DNA of 64,000 bases from the NCBI GenBank assembly GCA_023213395.1, contig CM041465.1, positions 215,519,741 to 215,583,740 of the forward strand, in the 5' to 3' direction. This document shows, one piece after another, positions 1 to 12,459 of this stretch. Origin of the DNA: Cycas panzhihuaensis. Lineage: Eukaryota > Plantae > Cycadophyta. The notes beneath the pieces were generated by a model that saw only the letters and a list, made by a program, of their open reading frames with translations, was not told where the DNA came from and did not search any database. A program made the translations under genes and the position numbers. Each line of letters opens with the position of its first letter. The first letter of the stretch is position 1.

Positions 1-1619
1 TATATGATTTCAAATAAACCTTTTGAAAGAGATATAATTCCCTTTAAAAAATGAAAGATGCTTTTAGAAGTTAAATCAATAAGATGTAATTTTTAGGGTG
101 TAATAAGGAAATAATGAATATATAAGCAAATTTAAATGTAATAAAGATCCCTTTAAATAAGTGAATCTGAAATAAACTTTGATGAAGAATAATAATTCTT
201 AAACCTTTTAATCCTTCAAATAAGTAACCATAAATTTGAGTAAGTAATAATTTTTTCAATGCAAGAGATTCTTTTCTTTGATATTATATAATATTAAAAC
301 TAAAATATATATGAGTATTTTCACTTTGAAATATAATAAATATAAAGAAACTTTTGAACAAAAAAATATTGTACTCCTTAAAAGAAAGGTTTAGAGGATA
401 AACTCAAGTTTGACAGCTTCAAAGATGTATTAAATGATGTCAGAATAACATGAAACTTCACTAGTATAAAGATTAATGAAATATGTATTCAATGGAACTA
501 ACCGTTTTGAAAACGAGTTCCTATAAGTTAAGATTTGAATGATCCGAAGGTATAGGCCTCCTTTTGAGGTTAAATAAGAGTAGGGAGCTCAAAATAGCAT
601 AAACATATTAATAAAATACTTATAGAACGATGAAAAATGGTCATATAAAGTTTAAAGAGCTACTTAATATCTTTTCAATTGACAAAATTTGAGAAATAAT
701 ATATGAAAATGTGTACATATGGCAGGTTGGAGGTAATTAAGTACCTCTACTTTGATCGATTTGAAAATCAGAAAAAACATGTTAAACATATAAAAAGCTA
801 TGTCAGTTTAAAGAGAAGTGAGTCAGCTTCCCAATGAAACTAATGGAACTAAAGTCTGATATAAAACAGAAAAGTTACCATAAAAATAGTGGCAAGTACT
901 TTTATGGTAAAAAGTTTAAAAAGTGCTAAAAAGATACTAAAATATCAGTTTTGGAGATTAAAATAATGATCAAAATAAATTCTAAAAATTAAAATATATA
1001 GTTGGTAATGAAATTTATTGAAAATAGATCATTGTAAAATAGATTCAGGCAGAAAATAGTCACCCGATAATAAAATATAGTTAGTTAAAAAAGTGATTTT
1101 ATAAAAAAAATTGAAAATGCTCAAAAAAGGATTGATTGACTTTAAATCGACTGAAACAGGGTCAAATTAGGTTGAAATGGGTTATATGACTAGTCAAAAT
1201 TGATCTACGAAAATTTTTTGATGTAATGAAGCTAGTTTCATCAGAAACTGATGACCTAGTAAGGAGTTATGATAAAAAATGCCAGTTACCCTATATGAAG
1301 TGAAAAAAAAATTTAAAAAAATAAAAAGGAAAAAAAAGTTATAAACTGAAAAGCTCCTTTAAGACAGATAACGATTATATGATGATAGAATGGGACCGAG
1401 GGTTGTAACTATAGAGGGGGATAAGGTTTAGAAACCTTGGAACTCAAAGTTTATTCAATTTAATTAAAATTTTAAGAACTTTATATGTATATATAAAAAA
1501 ATCAAAATCAAAATTTTGAAATAAGGCATGCAGCTGCGTCGCCCTGCCACCACCGTTTCCTGAGTCACCGAGCTATGTAATGCCATTTCCTGAGTTGCAT
1601 GTCTACGTGAAGGAGAGCT

Positions 1620-2015
1620 CAGGCGTAGGGATAGTGGCATTGGATTTGGATTTATTGCTGGATCGAACGGGAATAGTTATCAAAATCAGTTCTTTAGAAG
1701 ACTAGAGATTTGGAAAAGTTTCCGTTGAGAGGAGGGATAGTGCCACTAGACTGATTGAAGGAGAGATTAAGGATATTCAGTCATATTCAAGCAGACAAAC
1801 TTAAAGGCAAGGGGCCAGAAAACATGTTATTTTACAGATAGAGGTACCTCAAAAAACTTCAAGTTTACACAATCTACAAGCAATGAACCAGTAAGCCTAT
1901 TGGCCCTCAGACTTAATATTCTCAGCTCTATGAGCCTTCCAAGAGTACCAGAGGGAATTGGCCCATATAGGCCAACACCTGGCAACCGAATAGCTAAGAT
2001 GTTATCGTTATTATC
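1620..2015 (-). pseudogene. Fragment of the LRR ectodomain of a plant LRR receptor-like kinase (LRR-III / probable inactive receptor kinase type)
   Basis: Reads SDNNDNILAIRLPGVGLYGPIPSGTLGRLIELRILSLRANRLTGSL, then a frameshift near 1855 into LRYLYL*NNMFSGPLPLSLSA*I*LNILNLSFNQSSGTIP, with a further NATIP remnant near 1630. This fits the plant LRR consensus LxxLxLxxNxL/FSGxIP. No transmembrane or kinase domain is present. Confidence 0.85.
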
Positions 2016-3019
2016 ACTGTAACGGGAAAGTTTTATTGAAGTCCCACAGCTTGCTGAGGATGGTTTGAGTATCATAAACTTTGAAGTTGCAAAAAAAAAA
2101 CTCTCTAGCCAATCAACAAAAATATATTGTAGATGTGGCAATGCTGAGGAGGAGGCTTGATTCTCTATCAATAGGAATGCATAAGAGCAAGGAAGTTGCA
2201 GCCCAGATAAGAAAGGAATGTAAATCTATACTTAGCAGATCTGAATGTAAATCTATGCTTAGCAGCTCTGGAAATTATAGTTCTAGAAGAGAACAAACTT
2301 TGTTCTGAGCATTGTAAGGCTACAATTTGGAAGATTACCTGAATATTAAGAATTTTGAGAAAATGCTAAAAAGGAAAACTGAAGAGCAAAGAGCTGAATT
2401 TATTTTATATAAAGAAAATATGAAAAAATGTTGAGTTTTTTTTAGTTGAAAAGGAATAGTCTTCATACAATATGTATACCACGAAAAAATATTTCAAAAA
2501 GTAATGTTCAGTAATGAAATACTACAGTGGCTACTTTTGGTAGCCCTAAGTGATTATGCAGTAGTTTTTCTAGAGATGATCTTACTTCTGATTGTAGAGC
2601 CTCCCTTGGGCTTTTACTTAAAATTTTTGTCTACTTTTAGCAAAGCGAGTTGAGAAACTCTTACCTAGAATATATAGTAGATCTTGTAAATATATTGATG
2701 AAAATAAATCAATAACAAATTTCTGTAGTTTATTTTATGACTTTGTCCTAAAAAAAGATTTTTTTTTTTTTGAAAAAGAATATGTATTTATATCTAAGAT
2801 TTCAAATATGTTGCAGCACATATATATAAAAAAATTATATATATATAAATATATATATATATACTTAAATCTAAAAATAAAATAAAAAAACTTGGTAATG
2901 TAGCTTATTTGTAGACTTGCAGAGATGAAATCTATTGTATATGCTTCTCTAGAAGGTTGAATATGCCCCAAAAGAATTATATATCTGTAAAAAAATTTAA
3001 AAATATAGTTAAATATATG

Positions 3020-3560
3020 ATTAAAAATATAGATCTGAAATAAAATATAGCAGATCTAAAATAAAATATAGCAGATCTGAACCAAATGTTACAGATCTAA
3101 AACAAATATACTAGAAAATGTTGAAATAATTGCTAAAATAAACAGATCTAAAAGAAAACTTGATAAATATTATAGATCTGAAATAAGTATAGCAGATCTA
3201 AAGCAAATATTGCAGATCTAAATGAATATACCAGAAAAATGGTCAAATAATTGCTAAAACAGGCAGATCTAAAATGAAATATAACAGATCTAAACCAAAT
3301 ATAGTAAAAAATGATAAAATGCTTAGTAAAATACGTAGATCTAAAAAAATATGTAGTAGATCTGAAGAAAACTATAACAGATCTAAAGTAAAATATGCCA
3401 GATATAAGAAATATATGGTAGATCTTGAAGTAAACTTTGAAAATATGTAGCTTACTGCTGATCTCCTTCACAAATCTGAGAAAATATTAAATAAATAGAT
3501 AGAAATCTCCTTAAAAATAGTTAAATATATAATAAAATCTGCAGATTTAAAAAAATATAG
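3020..3560. repeat. Degenerate ~20-bp tandem repeat (core GCAGATCTAAA / AGATCTGAA) inside element C
   Basis: The AGATCT core recurs more than 15 times, mostly at ~20-bp spacing, e.g. aaatatagcagatctaaaataaaatatagcagatctgaa. Confidence 0.8.
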
Positions 3561-3862
3561 CTAAAATCTATCTAAAAAAAACTTAAATAAATGTAACTTA
3601 CTACTGAATTCCTTCACAAATATGTAAATAAATCTAAAATATCTTTGTTATTTCACAAATATAACTCAAGAATATGTAAATCTTGATGAAAAAATATAGG
3701 AAACTTACTGAAAAGACTTGCAGAAAATAAATATAATCGATATATGTTGTTGTAAATAAATCTGCCTCAAGATGCCAATAAATCTTGTTGCTCTTCTTCA
3801 AAAGCTTCAATAGTCCAACAATCGTCTGCTCAGATGAAGGAAATAGAAATGCAGGACCAAAT

Positions 3863-3916
3863 GCTCTGATACCAAATGAAGGAATTAAAATGGAGCTAAA
3901 CTAAGCTCTCATACCA
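3863..3916 (-). promoter_or_regulatory. Two tandem tRNA-iMet primer-binding sites of element C
   Basis: Minus strand has TGGTATGAGAGC at 3916-3905, 2 nt after the LTR end, and a perfect TGGTATCAGAGC at 3874-3863. Confidence 0.8.
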
Positions 3917-3918
3917 GA

Positions 3919-4312
3919 TGTTGGAAATAAAATTATAGGAGAATAAGGCAGAACTGAATCTAATAATCAAAACTCAGTAGATCATTGTAGCATAATGGCA
4001 TAAATAAGAATCATTGTATATTCAATCCATTATGAGAAGAGAGCTTTTATAAATTTTTCAATATGGGCAGTATCTAAAAACACCAAGGTTACACATCTCT
4101 CAATATATATAATTTTGGGGGGGGGAGGGAAACTCCTCAACCCTTGAAATTCAAATTACAATAAAATAATATAAACTTAACTTAAAGTAAACTTAACTCA
4201 AATTAACATAAACTTACCTACACATGTTGAGCACCCACATGTGTAAATTGAGGAAGATGAGGTGTGCTCCCCTAGTTGGAAGATGGGAGTGGAGTGATAA
4301 CTATTAACTCCA
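3919..4312 (-). repeat. 5' LTR of element C (~394 bp)
   Basis: Minus strand starts TGGAGTT and ends TCCAACA, followed by 2 nt and a PBS. Confidence 0.7.
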
Positions 4313-7300
4313 AGATATCTCCATGCCTAAGATTTATTTTGTAGCTCCTAAATTCTTCATATCAAAAGTCCTAGCTAATTGAGTCTTTATCTTGTTGATT
4401 TCTACCACACTCTTGCTTGTAACTAGCATGTCATCAACATACAATACCAAGATAATGAATAAGCCATTCTCCAAGAATTTAAAGTAAACAAATAATCATA
4501 TTTACTTCTTTTAAAATTTTTAGCTCTCCATAAAGGAATCATATTACCTATACCATTACTTGGGTTATTACTTCAGGCCATAAAATGATTTCCTGAGCTT
4601 GTAAATAAGTCTTTCCCTACCATCCTATATAAACCCTTCAAGCTGATCCATGTAGATCTTCTTATTTAAATCTCCATGTAGAAAAGTTATTTTCACATCT
4701 AACTGCTCCAACTCCAAGTCAAGAGAAGCTACTAATGCTAAGAAAACCTTAATTGAAATAAGTCTAATAACTAGTAAAAAGATCTCATGAAAATCAATAC
4801 CTGCTTTTTGTGTAAAGCCTTTAGCCACCAATCTTGCTATGTATTTATCAACCTTTCCATCAGCATCTATTTTCTTCTTGAAAACCCACCTGTAATCAAC
4901 AATCTTCCTACCATGTAGAAGTTCTACCAAGTCCCATGAATTATTTTTCTTCAAAGAATCTATCTCTTCCTGCATAGACCTCTTATACTTCTCACTATGG
5001 ATATTATTTACTACTCCCTAATAGCATGTAGGCTCACCATCATTAGAAACTAAAGCAATAGAAATAGAAGGGTTGTACCTATCAAGTGGATGATTAACTC
5101 ATATAGACCTTCTAATAGTTGGAGGAGTGTCCATGTACTCCTCTAAATTTATTGCATATTCACCTTCATAAAGCTCTTCTTGTTTTTCCATTTCCAAAGA
5201 TGGTTAGGTCTTAAGTTTGACCTATTGATGTTCAACTTTCTGCTCCTGTTTCACTTCAACTTCTATATTGCCTAATTTTAGAAAAGAAGATTCATCAAAT
5301 GTATCTTTGTTAATAGTGATTTTATGGGTAGTAGGATCCTACAACCTATATCCCTTCACACTATCTTTATCACCATAACCAACAAAGATACATCTCTTGC
5401 ATTTTTGGTTTAACTTTGAATGTTAACTTTTATTAGTCAAGGCTTAAGTATCATAACCAAAAACTTTCAAGTTTGAATAGTCACATAGATGTCCAATCCA
5501 TACTTATTTAAGAATTTTGTAGTCTATTGTAAGTGATGGTAACCTATTTACCAAATAACAAGTTGTTTAAATAGTATCTACCCATAAGCCTTACTCCACT
5601 CCTTCATTACTTTATATGCTTCTCGCTCTTTCTAAGAGTGTCCTGTTCATGTGCTCAACTATGTCATTCTACTACGGAGTATAGCTAGTGGTCTTATACC
5701 TTTTGATTCTAACTTCTTTGTAATAGTTCTCAAACTCTAAGGAGTTGAATTCACCTCTATTGTCAATTCTTCAATATTTGATTAATCTGTCAGTGATCTT
5801 CTTAATTAGAGTCTTAAACTACTTAAATACATTGAAAACTTTAGATTTCTTTTTCAAAAAATAAACCCATACGTTTCTTGAGTAATCATTTATAAATGTG
5901 ATAAAGTATAATGATCCTCCATAAGATATTATAAGGGTTGATCCCCATATATCTGAATGTACATAATCCAGAACACCTTTACTAGTGTGACTCCCTACTT
6001 TAAACCTGAGTCTACACTGCTTTCTAAAAATATAATGTTTATAAAAAGTTAAATATAAAAGCTATAAATTAGAAAGCAACTTACAGTTCAATAGTAGCTT
6101 AAGTCCTCTCTCACTCATGTACCTAAGTCTCTAATGCCATAATTGAGTTAGATCTTTTATAATATTTTATGTTATAGCTACATAGCTGATATATATACTT
6201 CCAAATAAAATGTAAAGGTTTCCTTTCTTTAAGGATTTCATAACAACCAAGGCACCATTTGATACCTTCAAGACTCCTTCATAACCTATGTACTTATAAC
6301 CATCATAATCTAATTTACTCAAGGAAATTAGATTCCTTTTTAGATCAGGTACATGTCTAACTTTAGTTAATATTCTCACTACACCATCAAACATTTTAAT
6401 TTTAATGATACCAATGCCCATTGTCTTATAAAAATCTTTATTTCCCATAATCACATCATTACCATCAAGAGGTTAGTATAATGAAAACCAACCTTGTATA
6501 GACGCATGTGGTGTGAAGCACCAGAATCTAATAACCAATCATGATGATAATGAGAAACATTATAAGCAACCAAGATATCATTATCCATACCTTAATTTTA
6601 CTCCACTTGATTAGCCTCCTTGGCAAGGTCTTTCTTTTTCTGGAACTCCTTCTTTTTGTAGCAATCCTTCTTAAGGTGACTTGTCTTATTGTAGTACTAA
6701 TATTTGAGCTTACTTTTCTTGCCTTTTAACTTTGATCTCAATGTGTCCCTATAGCTTTGTCCTCTTTTAATAATTTTACCCCTTGCTATCAGAGCTTCTG
6801 GTGTAGAGGTTTCAAAACTATATTTCCTCATCATCTCTTTCCATCAATAAATCATTCACAATAGAATCATAGTCTAATTCATCTATAGTGTTAAAACTAA
6901 TTAAGGTGATAATATTATCGCAAGATTCTAGTAATGAATATAATAAGGTAACAACCTTGTTCTCATTCTCAATTATGACATTGATACTAGCTAACTGACA
7001 AATAAGAGTATTAAAAATATTTAAATGATTATGAATTTTTATACCTTCTTTCATCCACAATGAGTACAACTACCTCTTCAAGTAGATTTGATTCATCACT
7101 GATTTGGTCATATACAAGCCTTCTAACTAGGTCTATAATCCTGTTGTTGTCTTCTCCCCTGTAATGTTAAATAGAACTTTATCTACTAAGTACAATTATA
7201 TTGTGCTAAGAGCCCTTTTATCTAGATCATCCTATTCGTCATTGCCCATCCTTACAGATTTCTTCAATTTACCTATTAGAGTTCTATATAGTCCCTATTG

Positions 7301-7395
7301 TACCAGAACATCATACACTTTCATCTTCTATAACTTGTAGTTATTCTTGTTATTGAATTTCTCCACCTCAAACTTTAAGTTCATTAAGTTTTCTA
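4313..7395 (-). pseudogene. Copia B gag-pol (gag, PR, INT, N-terminal RT), Tnt1/Tork-like, with many stops
   Basis: Motifs in Copia order: KFEVEKFNNKNNYKL (gag), decayed knuckle YNKTSHLKKDC, DWLLDSGASHHM (PR), LDYVHSDIWG (INT), MQEEIDSLKKNNSWDLVEL...LEQLDVKITFLHGDL...LVLYVDDMLV...FDMKNLG..LGMEI (RT). Confidence 0.92.
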
Positions 7396-7454
7396 TTTGG
7401 TGTAGAAAAACTTGACACCAAAACCTTTACAAACTCACTACAAAAATAAAGGTG

Positions 7455-7466
7455 GCTCTAATACCA
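7455..7466 (-). promoter_or_regulatory. PBS (tRNA-iMet) of Copia B
   Basis: Minus-strand TGGTATTAGAGC lies 2 nt from the LTR end and ~70 nt upstream of gag. Confidence 0.85.
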
Positions 7467-7468
7467 CT

Positions 7469-8091
7469 CATTGAGAAAATTGGGTCCCAATAAATAGAAA
7501 CCACCACCAAGATCTAAACTATTTTGTACCTAGTTATAGGAATTAAAATTAAAATTTAATATATAAGTTCTTAAACTAGGAATAATACAATAAATAACTT
7601 AGAAAGCTAAAGTATCACATATACACCAGATATAACATGGTAAAACCCTGGCAGTGTACTAGGGAAACATCCACACAGGAAAGGTATCAATTTTTATTAT
7701 ACAATAATAGAGAAATATACATCATCTATAGTATAATATCATAACAATAATAACCAGTCACCTCTACTTAATATAATACATCTAATATATCAAAGACCAT
7801 CAACATAATAAAAAAACACCCTAAATTAGGCTATATGAGAGAGTCATGTTTAAATGAATGACCCTGATTCTCTTTACAATTTAGTATTTTTTATAGTGCT
7901 AGCTTTTTGGGTCAGGGGATAATGCCCCTAAACCCTCTCTTTTTAGGAGGGGTTCTACTGCCCCCTACATCCCCCAGCTAAAGGGGGTTCCCACCCCTCT
8001 TGGATCTCCCTACAGAAGTTAAGGGAGGAAATTGTATTGTTAAATTGTCAAAATTTTTACCTCTAAAACATTGTTGTCACATTATCTAATA
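7469..8091 (-). repeat. Copia LTR shared by unit A (as its 3' LTR) and unit B (as its 5' LTR)
   Basis: Preceded by a PPT (AAGGTGAAGAT, 8102-8092) and followed by a PBS. Shares the core GTGGATGTTTCCCTA...AGGGTTTTACCA with the solo LTRs at 45603 and 53217. Confidence 0.88.
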
Positions 8092-9030
8092 ATCTTCACC
8101 TTAACAACAATTTACCTAATACCTTTCCTAGACTATTCATTACCTTTTCTACAAACTAAGAGAAATCAAGCACTATTTGAACTTCTCCAATAGTGCTAGT
8201 TTTGTGAACATGTCAGTACAATTCTATTTTATGTTAAGCTTTTGAAGTGCCACTCCACTTGCTTCCATAACCTGTCTAACAAAATAGTACTTAAGAGTAA
8301 TATACTTTGTCCTATTATAATAAGTTAGATTCTTTACTAAGTAAATGACACTTTGACTATCACAAAATACCTTTAACATTTTCTATTTCCTTCCAAGCTT
8401 AACTAGTAGACTCTATAACCAAATTGCTTCCTTACAAGTATATGTTTTAGAAATATATTTTTCTTCTATAGTTGATAATGTAATTGTACTCTATAATTTT
8501 GACATCTAACTAACTGAACCATTTACAAGAGTAAACACATAACCCAAAGTAGACATTCTCTTATCTAAATCTCCTGTAAAATCTAAATCAATATATCCAT
8601 AAACCTAATTATCTAGACCACCAAAGGTGATGCAATAGTCACTGGTGCCCCTCAAATATCGAAACACCCATTTCACTACTGCCTAATGTTCCTTTCCTAG
8701 ATTTGCATAAACTTGCTAACTACACCAACTGCATATGAAATGTTAGGTCTTGTATATACCATGGTATATATCAAACTTCCTATTACACTTGCATAAGGTA
8801 CATGAGATATATAATCCTTTTCTTCTTTACTATTAGGACTCATACTCAAAAAAATCTTGAAATGGGAAGCCAACATGATACTAACTAGTTTCACATTTAC
8901 CCCCTATATCCCCCAGATAATGGGAGCCCCCAGTCCTCTTAAATCCCCTTGTGACAACTAAGGGAGGAAATTACACTGCCAACTTGTTAAAATTATTATC
9001 TCTAAAATATTATTGTCATATTATCTAATA
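8092..9030 (-). mobile_element. Copia A: ~130-bp 5' LTR stub (9030-8899) joined by an internal deletion to C-terminal RT, RNase H and PPT
   Basis: 8899-9030 aligns to 7961-8091, the start of the LTR. 8898-8150 encodes VPYASVIGSLIYTMVYTRPNISYAVGVVS and RNase H motifs DFTGDLDKRMST and VFCDSQSVIY. Confidence 0.85.
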
Positions 9031-10128
9031 CTTTGATGGTCTCAAGTAGCTAAATAATCCTCTTACCCTTATTTTTAGGCTAAGAGGAATTTGTAGCTTA
9101 AGCCATATAGCTTGAGGGAGATGAGGAATTGATGGACTCTTTGCCTTTTTATTAGTTAGTAGGAGGGGTTTGAGCCCCTCTCATATTCCTTATCTATCAG
9201 CTTTGTTGTTGCATGGTTTGGTCATATTCCATATGGTTGGAATGGGTCTTGGTACACAAGTTACTCCAAGTTAGGTTTGGAGGCACCTTGAGGAGGGGGC
9301 TCATGTGATGGTGTCAGCTTGGGGTGTTAAGTCTAATACCTCAAGTCATTATGTGTGCACTCCCCATGCACCAATTACCATTTTTTTTTAGGAGGGAGGC
9401 ATGCCCTCTTCCCTTGCGATGCTTAGTTGTTGCCATTTTTAGGCAACAAATTTTAGGTAGTTTAGTGGACCTGTCAATATTTAGGTTAAGGTTGAGATGG
9501 CTCTAGTGAGGGTTAAGAGGGTTGTAATTTTAGGTCATGTATCATTCACTCAAAAGAGTAAACAACAAAGGTCAAAGGGTCTAAGGTCTTGTCCTTCATA
9601 CTAATAGAATGCATGGATGGTTGTCATTGTTGTTGGCCCTTATGGTCACATGGAGGAGGTGGTCCCTTATGACATTATAAGTTCTTGGGGATTTTTTTGA
9701 GACCATCTTGGATCTCAATAAACTCTAACGCTAAGCACTTAGTTATGGTAGACTCACATATCGTCAGAGGACCTCTATATGAACCTTAAGGTATAGTGCA
9801 TTGGTAAAAATATTCCTCTTTAATTCCTTCAGTAATATAGCCTTACAGGAATAGAGGAGATCATGAAACTAGCACACAAAGTTGTAGTCTAATTCTTCAT
9901 GGCCTTACTTTAGTGAAAGAAATGCCTTGACCCTACTTTTAAAGGGTCAAGCCACATCAAAATAGTTGATGAATGCATCAACTAGTTATTGAAATGCAAA
10001 GATTGAATAAGCAGGAAGATGGTAAAAATACTTTTGGGTGTCCCCTTAGAGTGATCAAGGAAACAATTTCATTAGAATATGGTCATATGCCTAGTAATCG
10101 ATACATACCATTGTAAAGGCCCTAACAT

Positions 10129-10511
10129 TGTTAAAATTATCTAATACCTCCTCAATTTCTTTACATCTTTGTAATATAATATTTATGTTGTGTTAATGAG
10201 CCCCTGATATAAATAAATCATATTTTATAGTGAGGTTGATTCCACCTCTTATGCCATTAAGTTGATTTATCAAATTGTATTGTAATGATGACAGATGGCT
10301 ATAAATAATGGCTTACACTTTTATACATCACATTAATTTGATTTAAATGCATAAGCTCTACCCAAAAGAGAGCCTACAGTGTGACAAATTCATTTGTAAA
10401 CTTGCCAGTATATTTGTCTTATTCATTTACATATTTCCTTGAATGTTTCAGATATTTTACTTGATTTACTTTGATCAGTGCATATGTATTAAGATTCTAA
10501 CATTTTTATCA
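10129..10511 (+). repeat. 5' LTR of Copia G
   Basis: TGTTAAAA...TTTTATCA with TATAAAT near 10300; direct repeat of 17150-17531. Confidence 0.92.
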
Positions 10512-12459
10512 TGGTATCAGAGCTCGTATATGCCTAATTTAAAGTTTTTCTTATGATTTAAAGATTATTTACTCTATTTCTTTCAAGATTTTGGCAAAAA
10601 TTCTAAATATTATGTAGTACTATAGTAAAAACATAGCTAGTTGCAGTTGATTATATTCTCTTATAGTAGATTGTTCACTCATTTGCACTTATCTAAGGTT
10701 TTGATCAAAGTTTACTAAAGAAATGAATGAAAAATCATGTCTTTCATTCACTACAACCCTATTGTTGATCATTTATGCTTGTTGTAGCTTCATTGATGCT
10801 TATGGCATCCATGCACCTAGTCTTACTTCTTGTCAGAGGAGATTTAAGGTAATTTTAGGGTCTATTAGTTTCTCTCTATTTGGCCTTCACAAAACCCTAA
10901 ACTTTGACAAAGTTTCTCTCTTAAACCGGAGCTTATTTATTTATTTTGTCACCTCCAATGGTTGCATCTAATCTTACATCCACTCCTCTACATTTTCATG
11001 ACATTTGGTGGCCATTTGATGTGGTATCTGAGCTCCTGAAGCTCCATAGTAGGCATGTGCCTCATGTGCAGGCTGTGTGGCTAACAAACTTTGAAAAAAA
11101 CATTGTAAATTTTTAATATTTTTATTATATGTTTAATCTTTATATATATGATATTAATTTAGACTGTAATTTCAACTTAAATATGCTCCAAGCCCCTTTG
11201 TTTGGTCACATTCAGCCCTCATATAACCTCTTTATGTAAATTAAAGGGCAGACTTCAAATCTTATTTAACTAGATTTGATTATTTTTTATTTGGAAAAAA
11301 TTGCTTATCTCTTTTTAATAATATTTCAAGTCTACCATCCCCCTAACAGCATTAGCAAGTGGTCATGTGTAGCTTTCAGGTGACTAGGGGCCAATTTAGA
11401 GGGGGCTTAACCCTATTTTCACTTATTTTTTAGGCATAAAGAGGTACCTATATTATTTCTATGATATCTCCTTAACCATGCATTTGTTTCATGAACTATC
11501 TAGACCTTCAAAAAGTACATTTAGAGCTGTATAGATTGGAATCAAATTGAGCTAGATTTGGAGCTGATTTATACAAGATATTAGCTAATCAAGTTAGCCT
11601 TTGTGATTGAGCTATTTGAGCCTTATTTTTCAAGTTTTGAAGGATTTTTTCAGTTTCTTTAAGATTCTTTTACTAGATTAGGTTGTGGATTATAGTTTTT
11701 AGCTATCTAATTATGGTTTTTAAGGCTAATTAGTGCATGGTGATGTTTCTTGCGTAGATGTTGCTCTTAGAAGGTTGAAGAAGTTCACTCTTAAAGCTTG
11801 GCCCATAAAAAAGCTTTCTAATCCTATCTTTGTCATTTTAATTTGCTTTATTTTATATTCATTTCATTTATTACTTTAAAATAAACCTCAAGTATATAAG
11901 AAACTCACTTAAAAACTTAAATCTTCATATTAAAAAAGATAAATCCCAAATTAAACCCCCATTTTTAGTCTTATAAGGGGAACAGTTAAGACCTCTGAAG
12001 TTACCACCACACACACGCCCTTGGTCTACTCATATTGGATGAGGAATATCATTGGATATTAGGTGTATTGGGTGGTATACTAAGGCTGAGACCCAATCCT
12101 TTAGAGTTTGGAGACCAAGCTAGACCAAGGAGAGTGAGTGCCTTGGTTAATAAGTTCTCACTGCTAGATCTGTCATTGGGCATAAGTCTAACACAAGTGG
12201 GGAAATAAATTAGAGGGGTCTTAAGACCTTCTTTGCAGCCTACATACTAAGGTATATCAAGCTCTTGAGATCATGTACCAGTATATTAGGTACTTGCTTT
12301 ACCATTTGTGGGTAGGCACCACTAGATAGGATAGTAAACAAGAACTTTCCTAGAGATCCTTAGCCTTCGAATTCTAGATTAGAAGTCACTCAGGTAGATT
12401 AGTACCTTATCATATAAAAACTTTAAAAACATAAAATCAAACTCAAAAAAACTTTTAAT

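Larger units (their letters stand above)
1..4312 (-). mobile_element. LTR element C: 5' LTR, PBS and internal region without gag/pol in the window; inserted into the RT of Copia B; 3' end not seen in the window
   Basis: On the minus strand a TG...CA block (4312-3919) is followed by a tRNA-iMet PBS. Its outer end abuts the Copia B RT, which stops right after LGMEIS. No gag/pol motifs were seen in 1-3860. How far left C extends is inferred, not shown. Confidence 0.6.

Noticed and set aside
1388-1405. Stowaway-like terminal repeat (GGGACCGAGGG)
   Set aside because: Partial match only, with no second terminus or TA target duplication.
2081-2308. 75-aa plus-strand ORF
   Set aside because: No recognisable domain, non-ATG start, and partly produced by a 27-bp duplication.
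4313-9030. Integrated one-LTR circle (circularly permuted Copia)
   Set aside because: A second LTR stub exists at 8899-9030, and the cut in B is explained by insertion of C, so a tandem model is simpler.
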